63,755 bases of DNA, filler included, from an uncultured bacterium (GCA_964449065.1; 3 parts of 3 records of this genome joined end to end with filler, not necessarily neighbours in it), one strand, 5' to 3'; counted from the first letter of the whole stretch, positions 49,180 through 59,414 are shown. Program-made: numbers and translations. Notes: a model not told the origin generated them from the letters alone.

Positions 49180-50205
49180 ATGGCTAAACATTTAATCATT
49201 GGCGGAGCCGGATTCATCGGTTCCAACTTGGCATTTTATTTACTATCGCAGGGGGAAGAAGTCATCGTAGCGGATAATTTATCGCGCCGCGGTTCTGAAC
49301 ACAACCTGTCATGGCTGCAAGAAACCTACCCGCAACTCCGGTTTGCCCATTGCGATATCCGGCAGCAGGCCGAAACGGATGCCCTGCTGCATTCCAATCC
49401 CCCCGTGAACGCGGTCTATCATTTGGCCGCCCAGGTAGCGGTAACCACCTCTGTAAAAGAACCCCGGTTGGATTTTAATATCAATGCCTTGGGCACATTT
49501 AATGTATTGGAGAGCCTTCGCCAGCTCGATTCCCCCCCTGTTTTGATATTTGCTTCCACCAACAAAGTCTACGGCGGTATGGAACACATTCGCATCGCCG
49601 AAAACGAAACCCGTTATTATTATGAAGACTATCCTGAGGGCATCGATGAATCCTTTCCACTCGATTTTCACTCCCCCTATGGATGTTCCAAAGGCTGCGC
49701 GGACCAATATGTACGCGATTATTCCCGTATTTACGGCTTAAAAACCGTCGTATTCCGCCAAAGCGCCATCTACGGTCCGCGTCAATTCGGGGTAGAAGAC
49801 CAAGGCTGGGCCGCGTGGTTCGCCATTGCCGCGTTGAAAGGAAAACCGTTTACGATTTACGGTGACGGCAAGCAAGTACGCGATTTACTATGGGTAGAAG
49901 ATCTCATTCAAGCCTATCTCAAAGCATACGAAGCCGTCAAAAACAATGGCTCAATGGTATTTAATATTGGCGGTGGAACCAAACACAGCGTCAGCATTTG
50001 GCGTGAATTTCAGCCGGTATTATCCAAAGAAACCGGCCTTGCTTTAGAAACGGCATACAAAGACTGGCGTCCAGGAGATCAAAAGGTTTGTATCATGAAC
50101 AACCAAAAGGTTTCAAACGAGTTGGGCTGGGAACCGAAGGTGGGAGTAGAAGAAGGGGTGGCGAAAATGGTGCAATGGATAAAGGAAAATCAAGAGATAC
50201 TTTAA
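49180..50205 (+). CDS. NAD-dependent epimerase, CDP-paratose 2-epimerase (RfbE)-like
   Basis: GGAGFIGS, AAQVAVTTS, STNKVYG, SPYGCSKG, QFGVEDQGW, GKQVRD. Confidence 0.85.
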   Translation: MAKHLIIGGAGFIGSNLAFYLLSQGEEVIVADNLSRRGSEHNLSWLQETYPQLRFAHCDIRQQAETDALLHSNPPVNAVYHLAAQVAVTTSVKEPRLDFNINALGTFNVLESLRQLDSPPVLIFASTNKVYGGMEHIRIAENETRYYYEDYPEGIDESFPLDFHSPYGCSKGCADQYVRDYSRIYGLKTVVFRQSAIYGPRQFGVEDQGWAAWFAIAALKGKPFTIYGDGKQVRDLLWVEDLIQAYLKAYEAVKNNGSMVFNIGGGTKHSVSIWREFQPVLSKETGLALETAYKDWRPGDQKVCIMNNQKVSNELGWEPKVGVEEGVAKMVQWIKENQEIL

Positions 50206-50795
50206 GATACCACCGTCTTTTTCACCGAATCCAGCATGGTATAAAGCATTCCGGTTAATACATCTTTTCCCATTTCTTCTTTCAGGCGCATGACAACTCC
50301 AATTAATTCGGCGTCTTCATCGTGGTTTTCCGGCATCCATTCAAATTGTCTTAAACTCTTGTGCTTTTCTCTGCCCGCATTGCCTTCTTGCTCATCACTT
50401 ACACCGCAATAGGTTCGAAGCGCCAAAATAATTCTGCAGCTCAAAAGAAGCCAATCCAATGGCTTTACGATACACTCAGTAGCGCCTACAGCATGCGCAA
50501 CCGGGGCGGTCACACCATCATCCAGTTCCGCGAGTAGAATGATGGGAACGGACTCTCCATTCGGCAATTTTCGGATTCGCTCACAGGTACTGAATCCATC
50601 CAGCTCCGGCAGAGTTGATTGCAAAAAAACAATATCCGGCTGCAATCCTTCAAACAGCACGATGGCTTGCTTACCATTAGCGGCGGCTTCCACGACCGCG
50701 CCGGATTCCTCTAAAATCTTACGGAGAACAATTCGAAACTCTTCATCCGTATCGGCAATTAACGCCTTGGGTTGTTTTCGATCCAGGGTATCCAT
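50202..50795 (-). CDS. Atypical response-regulator receiver protein
   Basis: Receiver fold (A.NG..A, LPELDGF, IVKP), but Gln at the phospho-Asp position. Confidence 0.75.
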   Translation of the reverse strand: MDTLDRKQPKALIADTDEEFRIVLRKILEESGAVVEAAANGKQAIVLFEGLQPDIVFLQSTLPELDGFSTCERIRKLPNGESVPIILLAELDDGVTAPVAHAVGATECIVKPLDWLLLSCRIILALRTYCGVSDEQEGNAGREKHKSLRQFEWMPENHDEDAELIGVVMRLKEEMGKDVLTGMLYTMLDSVKKTVVS

Positions 50796-50811
50796 AACAA
50801 TTCTCGCTTGG

Positions 50812-51480
50812 CTAGTGCGTTATATTATTTTGCTTTGGATTCAAATTGTATTTGATTGCAATATAAACCAACTCAAAGCCCGAACTCACTTCGAGTTTCG
50901 AGCGCATATTGTCTATATGAGATTCCACGGTTTTTAAACTGATATTAAGTTGGTCCGCTATTTCTTTCCGGTTTTTTCCGTTGCCCAATAATTCAAAAAT
51001 TTCCATCTCCCGTTTGCTCAATTTATCAGCAATAGAGAGTTCATCACTCTCAACCGAGGAAGAATCCTGAACGAGGCTAAAATCCACCGATTCACTGGAA
51101 TACATTTCTCCGGCTATCACTTGCCGTATGGCATCCGTCACACTGCTGGCGGAATCCCGTTTAAATAAATAACCATTTGCCCCGGCTTTAAACGCTTTCT
51201 CTATATAATATCGTTCATCATGCATGGTTACAATCAATACCGGTATGGATAGTTCATTCCGGCGCATACTTTGCAGCAAATCAATTCCTGTACTTTCGAC
51301 TAAAGATATATCGGCAATCACCAAATCCGGATGCAATTCTTTAATTTTCTCTAAGGCGGAATCCGCATTGTCCGCCTCTCCACAAATAGTCATATCTTCT
51401 TCCGAATCAACAATATGTATAATTCCAGAACGGGTTAAAGGATGGTCTTCCACCAAGAATATTTGATACACTTCGCTCAT
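50812..51480 (-). CDS. NarL/LuxR-family response regulator
   Basis: LVEDH, IADISL, LSKREMEI..L..G....IA..L.IS.KTVESH. Confidence 0.93.
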   Translation of the reverse strand: MSEVYQIFLVEDHPLTRSGIIHIVDSEEDMTICGEADNADSALEKIKELHPDLVIADISLVESTGIDLLQSMRRNELSIPVLIVTMHDERYYIEKAFKAGANGYLFKRDSASSVTDAIRQVIAGEMYSSESVDFSLVQDSSSVESDELSIADKLSKREMEIFELLGNGKNRKEIADQLNISLKTVESHIDNMRSKLEVSSGFELVYIAIKYNLNPKQNNITH

Positions 51481-51573
51481 ATTATCCTAATTGCTTATTA
51501 AAATTTGTAGAACATTTCAAATCAATTATTTATTTTATACATAAATTCATTGCATTTTGCAATGAATTCGTTG

Positions 51574-52980
51574 CTACTTTAAATGATTTTTTGGAATTGT
51601 AAATGTAATCTTGGTACCTTTATTAGCTTGGCTGTCAATATTCAAAATTCCTCCCGTAATTTCAGCCCGGTATCTCATAATATGAATCCCCATGCCATCA
51701 TGGTAGTTTTGCTGCACATCAAATCCTTTTCCGTTATCTACAACAACAATTTTTAACACGCCGGATGTCTCATTCAATCGAATCACGATTTGTCCCGCAT
51801 GGCTATGCTTTACGGCATTGTTCACCGCTTCTTGAATCATGCGGAACAAGTGCAATGCCGTTTCCGTATTCTTTACAATGATCGATTCATCCACATCACA
51901 AATACAAGGAATATGGGATAAGTTAAACACTTGCTTGGCAAATTGTTCCACGGCTCCCACCAACCCGACTTCATTCAAATTTACAGGAGAAAGACCTTTT
52001 GCCAAATCACGAAGTTTGTTGGTGCATTGGTCAATAATCGATACAAAACTTTGGATTTTTTCAGCCGTGTCGGGGTTGTCGTCTTGGATTTCTTTCGCCA
52101 ACATGTCGCCGGCCAGCCCTAAAGCGGTTAAATCATGAACCACACCATCATGAAGTTCATGGCCGATTCGTAGATGCTCTCTTTCACTGATTTCCAACAA
52201 ATGAAGTTGAGCCTTTTCCCGTTTTTCAATTTCCTGTTGGAGCGCTTTGCGGGTTTCTTCCAACTGCATCATGTGCTCTTGTTCAAGTTGGTTTAATTTG
52301 GGCTCAACCGTGTCACAATGATTCTGGGTAAAAGCCAAATCATTCTCAGTGGTTTCCGTTTTTTGCTTTTGCCGTTTCAGATCATGAATTTGCATGGCAA
52401 TAATACCAAACCCCGCCACTACGATAATTAAGAATATATAGATATAGTATATCACATTTCCTTCTTGCGGAACAACACGCATTCCGTCTTGGCTGTTGGG
52501 CTGCATTGGGGTGGGATAATAAAAAAAATACCACGCGTTTCCGCCGTCCGGATAGCGTCCAAAAGAGACCTCGGATTTCTGCTCCGGATAGGAAATGGAA
52601 TCACTCAGAACCCCATTCGGACCAATCAGTACCAAGGTTTCCCCTTCTTTACTGAGTTTATAGTTGGTATGAAGTTCTCCATTTTCTTTCACATCCTTAC
52701 CAGTTGCCCAAACCCGCAAAAATCCTTTGGCAGGAATAATGCCATACGGAAAGACCCATTTTCTTGGTTTATCCGGATCATCCGTTAAAGAAAAATTGCT
52801 CAAATCAATATCCGATTCGCTATCGTTATACAGTTCAATCCATTCTAAGTCGTTTCCTTCGTTATCTTGCAAACTGGTGGCAGCAATTAATTCATTGATA
52901 TACATATTCGCATGACATACCGGCGAGGATATCGATAACCATATTCCGAAGACAAAAAAGCATACGAATTGAAATTTCAT
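51574..52980 (-). CDS. HisKA_3 sensor histidine kinase with an extracytoplasmic lamin-tail domain
   Basis: Signal peptide; INE..A, EWIELYN, DLSNFSLTD, SFGRYPDG, PTP..PN (LTD); one TM; IGHELHDG, QEAVNNAVKH, DNGKGF, GMGI..M.YRA. Confidence 0.85.
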   Translation of the reverse strand: MKFQFVCFFVFGIWLSISSPVCHANMYINELIAATSLQDNEGNDLEWIELYNDSESDIDLSNFSLTDDPDKPRKWVFPYGIIPAKGFLRVWATGKDVKENGELHTNYKLSKEGETLVLIGPNGVLSDSISYPEQKSEVSFGRYPDGGNAWYFFYYPTPMQPNSQDGMRVVPQEGNVIYYIYIFLIIVVAGFGIIAMQIHDLKRQKQKTETTENDLAFTQNHCDTVEPKLNQLEQEHMMQLEETRKALQQEIEKREKAQLHLLEISEREHLRIGHELHDGVVHDLTALGLAGDMLAKEIQDDNPDTAEKIQSFVSIIDQCTNKLRDLAKGLSPVNLNEVGLVGAVEQFAKQVFNLSHIPCICDVDESIIVKNTETALHLFRMIQEAVNNAVKHSHAGQIVIRLNETSGVLKIVVVDNGKGFDVQQNYHDGMGIHIMRYRAEITGGILNIDSQANKGTKITFTIPKNHLK

Positions 52981-53006
52981 TCAGATTACCCAAATAATAA
53001 CATTAT

Positions 53007-53112
53007 TAGAGCATTTCCGGTGTGCGTAGACGTTGTGTTGGGGCACATTGCAATGTGCCCCTACGGCAAGTGCAATACCAATTCTCTATCTATCCAACCT
53101 TGAATTGCTCTA
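53007..53112. mobile_element. MITE family C (TAGAGCA...TGCTCTA ends, internal GGGCACATTGCAATGTGCCC palindrome)
   Basis: Second copy at 57038-57140; related ends at 3092 and 16774. Confidence 0.75.
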
Positions 53113-53349
53113 ATTATCTAATTGTATTCACGTACTGCAAAGCATATTCCATTTTAACGAAGGCAGTGCTACAGATAGTTAATTTTCATTCTTTATTGAG
53201 AAGAATCACCCTGCTTTTTGCCGTATTTTGATGGCATTATCAGTACCCCAAAGAAAAAGACCATTTGGTTTTGGCAAGTCGTACTTATATATACTTATTA
53301 TTGTCAAAATGAAAGTCAATTTAAATCAGGAAAGACCGCATTTTTATCA

Positions 53350-54897
53350 TTATAGAAAAGGGGGCCATTCAGAGACTTGCAAATGATTGCGCGCTATTTG
53401 CAAGCCCATATACATCCCGCTGAAGACCGTGCATTGATACAAAATATATCGAATCGCGGCTTTGGGCAGATGGCTTTGGATGAGCAAAAAAGATAAAAAC
53501 AATATTGCCGGCAAAGTTAGTCCGGAAAACAAATCCCAATCGGCGGGAAAATGCCGGTCCGGACGCCATATTAATGAATACACAAAATAGAATCCCGCAA
53601 GCAACAAAACCCAAACCGCTTTTTTTGAAGGAAGCGATAAATATGGCAAACCGCAAATCAGGGTTAACACCAAAATACATCCGCCGGAAAACATGAAATA
53701 ATATTCATTCACCATCGTCAGGTAATACTCTGGGTCTCCATAATCAGAAAGCGGCCGAAACATGGCGGCATCCGTGCCGACCAACATGACCTGGTCGCTC
53801 CAAAAATGCTTATGGATAGCAGCAATATCCCATTGATAACCATACCCCAGCACAAATAAACCAAACGCAAGGCAAACAAATGCCATGCTCGACACCGCTT
53901 TTGCTATATCCGGCAGCCAGAGAGATATTTCATGCCGGTCATATTTCAGCAATGGGAACAACAAGAATGCAGGAATCCACCATCCCGCGGATAAATGAAT
54001 ACAAAACAATATCCCAAACCAAATCCCCACATGCCAAGCAGAGTACCGCCCCTTTTGGTACAACATGACCGCACAAAGAAAAAGAACCAACCCTAGCTGC
54101 AATAGAGCGTATATTTCAATGTTACCGGTAAACACCTGGGTATAACCGAAAGAACCTACAATCAAGGCAAATACTGGATTCACGTATGGGAGATCAATCC
54201 ATTCTTGCAAAACGCGGTATAAAAAGGCAGAACCGATGAGGCCGCATACAATGGTGAGCAATGTGATTGATGTATGCGGTGCCAAATGAAACCAATCCAT
54301 CCCCCAATACACCCACGTCCGCAAGATAAACGTGCCCAATGGTTCCCGCAAATAGCGTGTCCAGTTCTTTTCAAACACGCTATGTTTCAGCCAATCATAC
54401 CCATCCGGAGAAAGGTTTTGTGAACGCAGCAGCCACATCACAATCCCCGCGATTAAGAAAAGGATGACAATCTTGCCGCCGAAATATTGTTTTTGATGAA
54501 GCAGCGTGATAAACCGTTTGGCCGCGTCCGTTACCAGAAAATAAATCTGTGGATGCTGTAAAAACAAAATGGATTGATACCACAAAATCCGCACCCATAC
54601 CGGATACCAGCGCGGGGTATAAAACGCCCAAAATACCGCCCCGATTTCGTTTACCAAACAAAACCCAATCAGGAAAGCAATCAAGATGAGGGGGACCAAA
54701 ACCAACTTCGAATGGAACGTATTGATTTGTTCATGCACCCGAAATACGGTAACGGCAGCTAGTATTATCCAAAACGGATACACAAACGGAGGCGTGCTGC
54801 CTTCCCAACCGAAGCCGTGGAAATACAACAAAACCATCTGCAATAGCAAACACACCGCATGAATGGTAAGGTCTTGTATTAATAGGGAACGCTGCAT
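53350..54897 (-). CDS. Polytopic membrane protein, possibly a GT-C-fold glycosyltransferase
   Basis: Many TM helices with loop motifs SPDG, REPL, GNIEIY, DWDLF. The ORF is solid; the function is tentative. Confidence 0.5.
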   Translation of the reverse strand: MQRSLLIQDLTIHAVCLLLQMVLLYFHGFGWEGSTPPFVYPFWIILAAVTVFRVHEQINTFHSKLVLVPLILIAFLIGFCLVNEIGAVFWAFYTPRWYPVWVRILWYQSILFLQHPQIYFLVTDAAKRFITLLHQKQYFGGKIVILFLIAGIVMWLLRSQNLSPDGYDWLKHSVFEKNWTRYLREPLGTFILRTWVYWGMDWFHLAPHTSITLLTIVCGLIGSAFLYRVLQEWIDLPYVNPVFALIVGSFGYTQVFTGNIEIYALLQLGLVLFLCAVMLYQKGRYSAWHVGIWFGILFCIHLSAGWWIPAFLLFPLLKYDRHEISLWLPDIAKAVSSMAFVCLAFGLFVLGYGYQWDIAAIHKHFWSDQVMLVGTDAAMFRPLSDYGDPEYYLTMVNEYYFMFSGGCILVLTLICGLPYLSLPSKKAVWVLLLAGFYFVYSLIWRPDRHFPADWDLFSGLTLPAILFLSFLLIQSHLPKAAIRYILYQCTVFSGMYMGLQIARNHLQVSEWPPFL

Positions 54898-54900
54898 GGC

Positions 54901-55842
54901 TTAGGTTAGTTGAACGCCGGTTTGTACTGGATACCCCCGCAAAAAATCTCCTGCGATCATACGCTTTTTTCCGGCCGGCTGCAACTCAAGGATTTCAATA
55001 ACCGCATCCTGCGCGGCTACCCGAATGGTGTTGAATTCGGTGCTGACTATCGTTCCCGGTTCAGCATTAGGCGGTAAAGCAAGCACTTCGGTTTGGTACA
55101 CTTTCCAGCGTTGATCCCGATAGTGGGTAAACGCGCCCGGTATGGAACACAATCCACGCACTTGATTGTGAATATCCACCGCCGCTTTGGTCCAATCGAT
55201 CCGCGCATCTTCATTGGAGAGCATCGGCGCGAATACAACGCCCTTTTCCGGCTGCGGCGTTCGGGTCGCGGTGCCATCCGCAATGAGATGCAGTGCGCGT
55301 ACCATCAATACGGCCCCGCTTTGGGATAACCGTTCGGAAAGAGAATCGTAGGTATCTTCATCATGAACCGGTTCGGGTTCCTGCAAAATCATATCGCCGT
55401 CATCCCATCCTTTCGAAAGAAAAATGATGGTATTGCCGGTCTCTATATCCCCATTGATTAGCGTCCACTGCATGGGCGCGGCGCCACGGTATTTTGGCAG
55501 CAACGATGGATGCAAATTTACACAACCCCATGGCGGCAGTTCGCGCACCAGCTTTGGAACAAAACCGCCATACGCCACCACGGTAATGACATCCGGCTGA
55601 TGGCTTTGCAGCCAAGGGACTACCTCATTCTCTTTGAGTTTGTTGGGTTGGATGAAATCGATCCCCTGCTCTATCGCGAATTCTTTGACCGGCGGCGGCT
55701 GTTGTTTCTTTCCGCGTCCGGCGGGACGGTCCGGTTGGGTTAACACACCGGTAAGTTCTATGCGGGAATCTTCATGCAACGCGTGCAAGGCGGGCAGGGC
55801 AAACGCGGGAGTTCCCATAAATACCGTTTTAATGCTCTTCAT
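54901..55842 (-). CDS. fmt: Methionyl-tRNA formyltransferase
   Basis: FMGTPAFA, TQPDRPAGRG, NLHPSLLPKYRGAAP; follows def. Confidence 0.96.
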   Translation of the reverse strand: MKSIKTVFMGTPAFALPALHALHEDSRIELTGVLTQPDRPAGRGKKQQPPPVKEFAIEQGIDFIQPNKLKENEVVPWLQSHQPDVITVVAYGGFVPKLVRELPPWGCVNLHPSLLPKYRGAAPMQWTLINGDIETGNTIIFLSKGWDDGDMILQEPEPVHDEDTYDSLSERLSQSGAVLMVRALHLIADGTATRTPQPEKGVVFAPMLSNEDARIDWTKAAVDIHNQVRGLCSIPGAFTHYRDQRWKVYQTEVLALPPNAEPGTIVSTEFNTIRVAAQDAVIEILELQPAGKKRMIAGDFLRGYPVQTGVQLT

Positions 55843-55845
55843 CAG

Positions 55846-56349
55846 TTACACGGTCGCTTCCAATTCTTGTAGTTTACGGTTTAATTGCGATTTTTGCGCG
55901 GGCGTTAAATGATCCACAAACAATATCCCGTTTAGGTGATCGATTTCATGCTGAAACACCCGTGCAAACAACCCTTCCGCCTCGATGATTTTTTCTTCTC
56001 CCGTCAGTGGATCATTGCCTTTGACTTTGACATTATCATACCGGTCCACTTCCGCTTCCACACCGGGAATGGAAAGACACCCTTCTTTCATGGAAACAAT
56101 CTCGCCGCCTTCCCACATGAGTTTGGGGTTCGCCAAGGCGATTTTTTCCCCTTCTTCCGTGGTATCGATTACAATCAGTTTTTTCAGCAGTCCTACTTGC
56201 GGCGCGGCCAGACCGATACCGGCCGCCTCATACATCGTCGCGAACATGTCATCCACCAAGCGTTGCAAATTCTGATCATATTTCTTGATGAACTTGGTTT
56301 TTTTGCGCAATACAACATTGCCGTAATAACACAACTTCAACTTACCCAT
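55846..56349 (-). CDS. def: Peptide deformylase
   Basis: GIGLAAPQVG, EGCLS, QHEIDHLNG. Confidence 0.97.
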   Translation of the reverse strand: MGKLKLCYYGNVVLRKKTKFIKKYDQNLQRLVDDMFATMYEAAGIGLAAPQVGLLKKLIVIDTTEEGEKIALANPKLMWEGGEIVSMKEGCLSIPGVEAEVDRYDNVKVKGNDPLTGEEKIIEAEGLFARVFQHEIDHLNGILFVDHLTPAQKSQLNRKLQELEATV

Positions 56350-56481
56350 GAAGGCCCGTCTCCAAACAATGGCGAAGTGATTCCTATTTTAATCAGCGGA
56401 TTGCAGTTGCACAAGCATACAGCCGTTAATCGTTGTGTAAGAATGGATATACTTTTATCCATTCACGATGGAATCAGAACG

Positions 56482-57021
56482 ATGAAACCAAAACCAATCA
56501 CCATAGCGGTCTACGGCAGTTCCGGAATCAAGCAAGACTCCACCGCCGCGCGTAATGCGGAATTGCTGGGCAAACTTCTCGCGGAAGCGGGGTATAACAT
56601 TTGCAACGGCGGGTATATGGGTGTGATGGAAGCCGCCAGCCGCGGGGCCAAAACAGCAGGGGCAAAGGTAACCGGTGTGACTTGTAGTGCGTTTTCGGAA
56701 CGCACTCCCAATCCTTACCTGACCGAAGAAATCTCGACCCAAGATCTCCCGGAACGCATCTCGACCCTCATGCGCATAGCGGACGGTTACATTGTGCTGG
56801 ATGGCAGCATTGGCACCCTCGCCGAACTGTTTCTTGCCTGGAATGTTATTTTTATGGAAGAGCAAAAACCGCTCATCCTCGTAGGAAACCGGCTGCGGTC
56901 CAGTGTGGAAGCCGTGGTTGAGCATTCAGCGGTTCCATCCGATTTGGTAGGCCTGTTGACGTTTGTAGATACGGTTGAAGAGGCCTGCGAAACCATGATG
57001 GAAACATTGCCACCCAAATAA
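56482..57021 (+). CDS. LOG-family (Rossmann-fold nucleotide-binding) protein
   Basis: IAVYGSS, NGGYMGVMEAASRGA, GSIGTLAEL; start ATG 56482. Confidence 0.85.
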   Translation: MKPKPITIAVYGSSGIKQDSTAARNAELLGKLLAEAGYNICNGGYMGVMEAASRGAKTAGAKVTGVTCSAFSERTPNPYLTEEISTQDLPERISTLMRIADGYIVLDGSIGTLAELFLAWNVIFMEEQKPLILVGNRLRSSVEAVVEHSAVPSDLVGLLTFVDTVEEACETMMETLPPK

Positions 57022-57037
57022 TGTCTGTATACGGTTT

Positions 57038-57140
57038 GAGAGCAATTCAGATTTGCGTAGACGTTTTGTGGGGGCACATTGCAATGCGCCCTTACGGCAA
57101 GTGCTATACCAATTCTCTGTCTATCCAGCCTTGAAAGGCT
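57038..57140. mobile_element. MITE family C copy 2
   Basis: Aligns with 53007-53112; right end degenerate. Confidence 0.7.
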
Positions 57141-57599
57141 GGGTTTTAACCGTGGGACTTAAGCTGAACTTTACAGTCATTGCCTCTGGCTAACGTATCT
57201 TACCCCGTTGGGGTATAAAACAAAAACAAAAACCCTCTGGTTAAACCTTAGCCTTGTTAAGGGGGCTAGGAGCAATGTCATTGACTGAAGGAAATCAACC
57301 TGAAAAACAACGCTTTGTCTCCCCCAAAGCATTTGGGGAAGATGTCCGACGCAAGGAGGACAGAGGGGGTGCGAAGAGAACCATAAACCAGAATGATTCA
57401 ACCGATTGTTTAGAAGTCGTTTCCTGGGCAATCAAACGAAGCAATTGGTTAAGCCGTTTACCCCAACAGGGTTACAGATGATAGCCAGGGGCAGAGTGAC
57501 CGAAAGGCATGCCGCCGTGTTTGGACAAAGAATTTATTTATGTTACACTCATGACAACGTCGCCGTTTAATTCTTATATCATTATAGTGGAAAGATGAT

Positions 57600-57824
57600 G
57601 TGATGAAAAAAATCAGTCTGATTGTTTTAGCAGGAATATTATGTTCTGGTTGCTCCAGCACAATGAAACCGCGCTCTCATGTGCCTTGGTACGAGGATCT
57701 CAATCCGGCAACCGAAGACACCATTTCGGATTGGGCGATTGTGGATTTAGACGTTAGTTCTTATCAAAGAGACCCGTCATTTGGAGAAACCATTTGGAGC
57801 GATACCGTCGAAACATTTTGGTGA
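57600..57824 (+). CDS. Small putative lipoprotein
   Basis: MKKISLIVLAGILCSGCSS resembles a lipoprotein signal. Confidence 0.5.
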   Translation: MMKKISLIVLAGILCSGCSSTMKPRSHVPWYEDLNPATEDTISDWAIVDLDVSSYQRDPSFGETIWSDTVETFW

Positions 57825-57845
57825 ATGTAATCGTTCCCGGTTCTA

Positions 57846-59243
57846 CTACGGATTTGTATCCACATCTTCTGTCTTCTCTGTTTTCTCTGTCTTCCCACCG
57901 GATTCTTCTGAAGGAATGTACCTCAATCTTCCAAAGATAATCTGCTCAAACGCAGGACTTTGCAGCTGCAGCTTATTGCGGATGTTCCGCCGTGTTGTTC
58001 CGGGCAGCCTTTGCGTTTCTTCCACATGAAACCATTGATAGTTATACCATCCCTGCTGGGTATAAAAATCAATCTTGGCAGAGCCTCTCCCCGGTGTTTT
58101 CTTGATGATGCAAAACATCCAATCGTATCCCGTTATATGATGAATTAACTCATACGAGCCTTCCGGAAAGATTTCCGGTTCCCGATCAGCAGGGGGACGC
58201 GGCCTGCCCGATAAATCCACGATCGGCTGGGCAAAATGAAATGCTTTCAGCATTGACAACTCAAAACCGGACGGTTCATTTCCAACACCGTCTCCTTCAT
58301 TAAGAAAAACGGAAGAACCGCTTGCTAGAGATGACCATAGCATCCATTGCTGATATTGCTCTTCTTGACCGGATTTTTCGCTCCAACTGACTTCTCCAAT
58401 GAACACCGGTTTGCGGTATTGTTTTGCCAATTGAATCATTTGAGCCGTACTTTTGACCGCCCGCAATGCTTCATTGGCGCGAATGCTCAAAAACAAAATG
58501 TCAACATCCGCCAACCCCATAAAATCATAGGGGAGGGTGTTCGGCAAGAATGATAAGGCAATCAAGCGGCGGTTGTCATCCAATCGGCGAACCAAACTAA
58601 ACTGAATCAGAGTCCATTGCATAATGGATGAGCGGTACTCAGTGTCGCCAAATCCATTGCGCTCATCCAGGTTAATGCCGCGTGCCAGTTCCCAGATAAC
58701 ATTTTCATGAGAACTTAAAGCCGCGATGATCTGTTTGATCCGGGCGGCTGATTGTGCCCGCTGCCGAGCGTTCGTAAAAAATTCTTTCGGAGTTTTGCAG
58801 CGCCCTCCATTTTCTTGGTTATAAGGATGCGTATCCCAATGTTCCGCCATCCCCAACAGGTCAAAGAAAGATATCACGGTAACCATACCGTATTCTTCCG
58901 TTAAAGCGCAAATTTGCCGCAAACGTTCAACCGCCAAATCGGATAGCGTCCCATCAGACTGCTCTTGCATGGTTTGATTCGTTTGCCGGGTAGGATCAAC
59001 ACAAAGTCGAACCGTATTCACGCCTGAATCGCGCAACTTCTGAACGGAGGCTTCCAATTCCGTTGTACTCAATTTCAAATCGAGCAAATATCCCGCATTC
59101 ACCCCGATCGGATGATGCAACTTCTGTTGGTATTCCAGCGTATAAAAATTTTTCGGATGTATATCTACAGTTTTCGCAAGTGTATATACGGATACAAATA
59201 GTATCGGTAAAAGATAAAAAAGATGATGGATGCGGTAAATCAT
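57846..59243 (-). CDS. Secreted GH5/clan-A-like TIM-barrel protein, atypical active site
   Basis: GVNTVRL, WDTHPYN..NGG, IWELARG, KPVFIGE; signal-like N-terminus from ATG 59243. Confidence 0.6.
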   Translation of the reverse strand: MIYRIHHLFYLLPILFVSVYTLAKTVDIHPKNFYTLEYQQKLHHPIGVNAGYLLDLKLSTTELEASVQKLRDSGVNTVRLCVDPTRQTNQTMQEQSDGTLSDLAVERLRQICALTEEYGMVTVISFFDLLGMAEHWDTHPYNQENGGRCKTPKEFFTNARQRAQSAARIKQIIAALSSHENVIWELARGINLDERNGFGDTEYRSSIMQWTLIQFSLVRRLDDNRRLIALSFLPNTLPYDFMGLADVDILFLSIRANEALRAVKSTAQMIQLAKQYRKPVFIGEVSWSEKSGQEEQYQQWMLWSSLASGSSVFLNEGDGVGNEPSGFELSMLKAFHFAQPIVDLSGRPRPPADREPEIFPEGSYELIHHITGYDWMFCIIKKTPGRGSAKIDFYTQQGWYNYQWFHVEETQRLPGTTRRNIRNKLQLQSPAFEQIIFGRLRYIPSEESGGKTEKTEKTEDVDTNP

Positions 59244-59414
59244 TGTAAAATATGACCTCTTTCTGCTTGTCGCGAAAATCATAAAGATAAAATATCCAAG
59301 TCGGCGTAACGATTGCCTCTTTCATGCGTAGACTTGCTTTGAGCATTCGCCCAGCTTAAAGTATTGCAATCGAAATTCTTTGACAACGTTTTATCATTTT
59401 TAAGGAAACAAACA

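Noticed and set aside
55936..56481. Long N-terminal extensions in the ORF track (LOG protein; likewise 16840, 27482, 42109, 45117, 47083)
   Set aside because: They overlap other genes or intergenic DNA and lack family motifs; downstream starts fit better.
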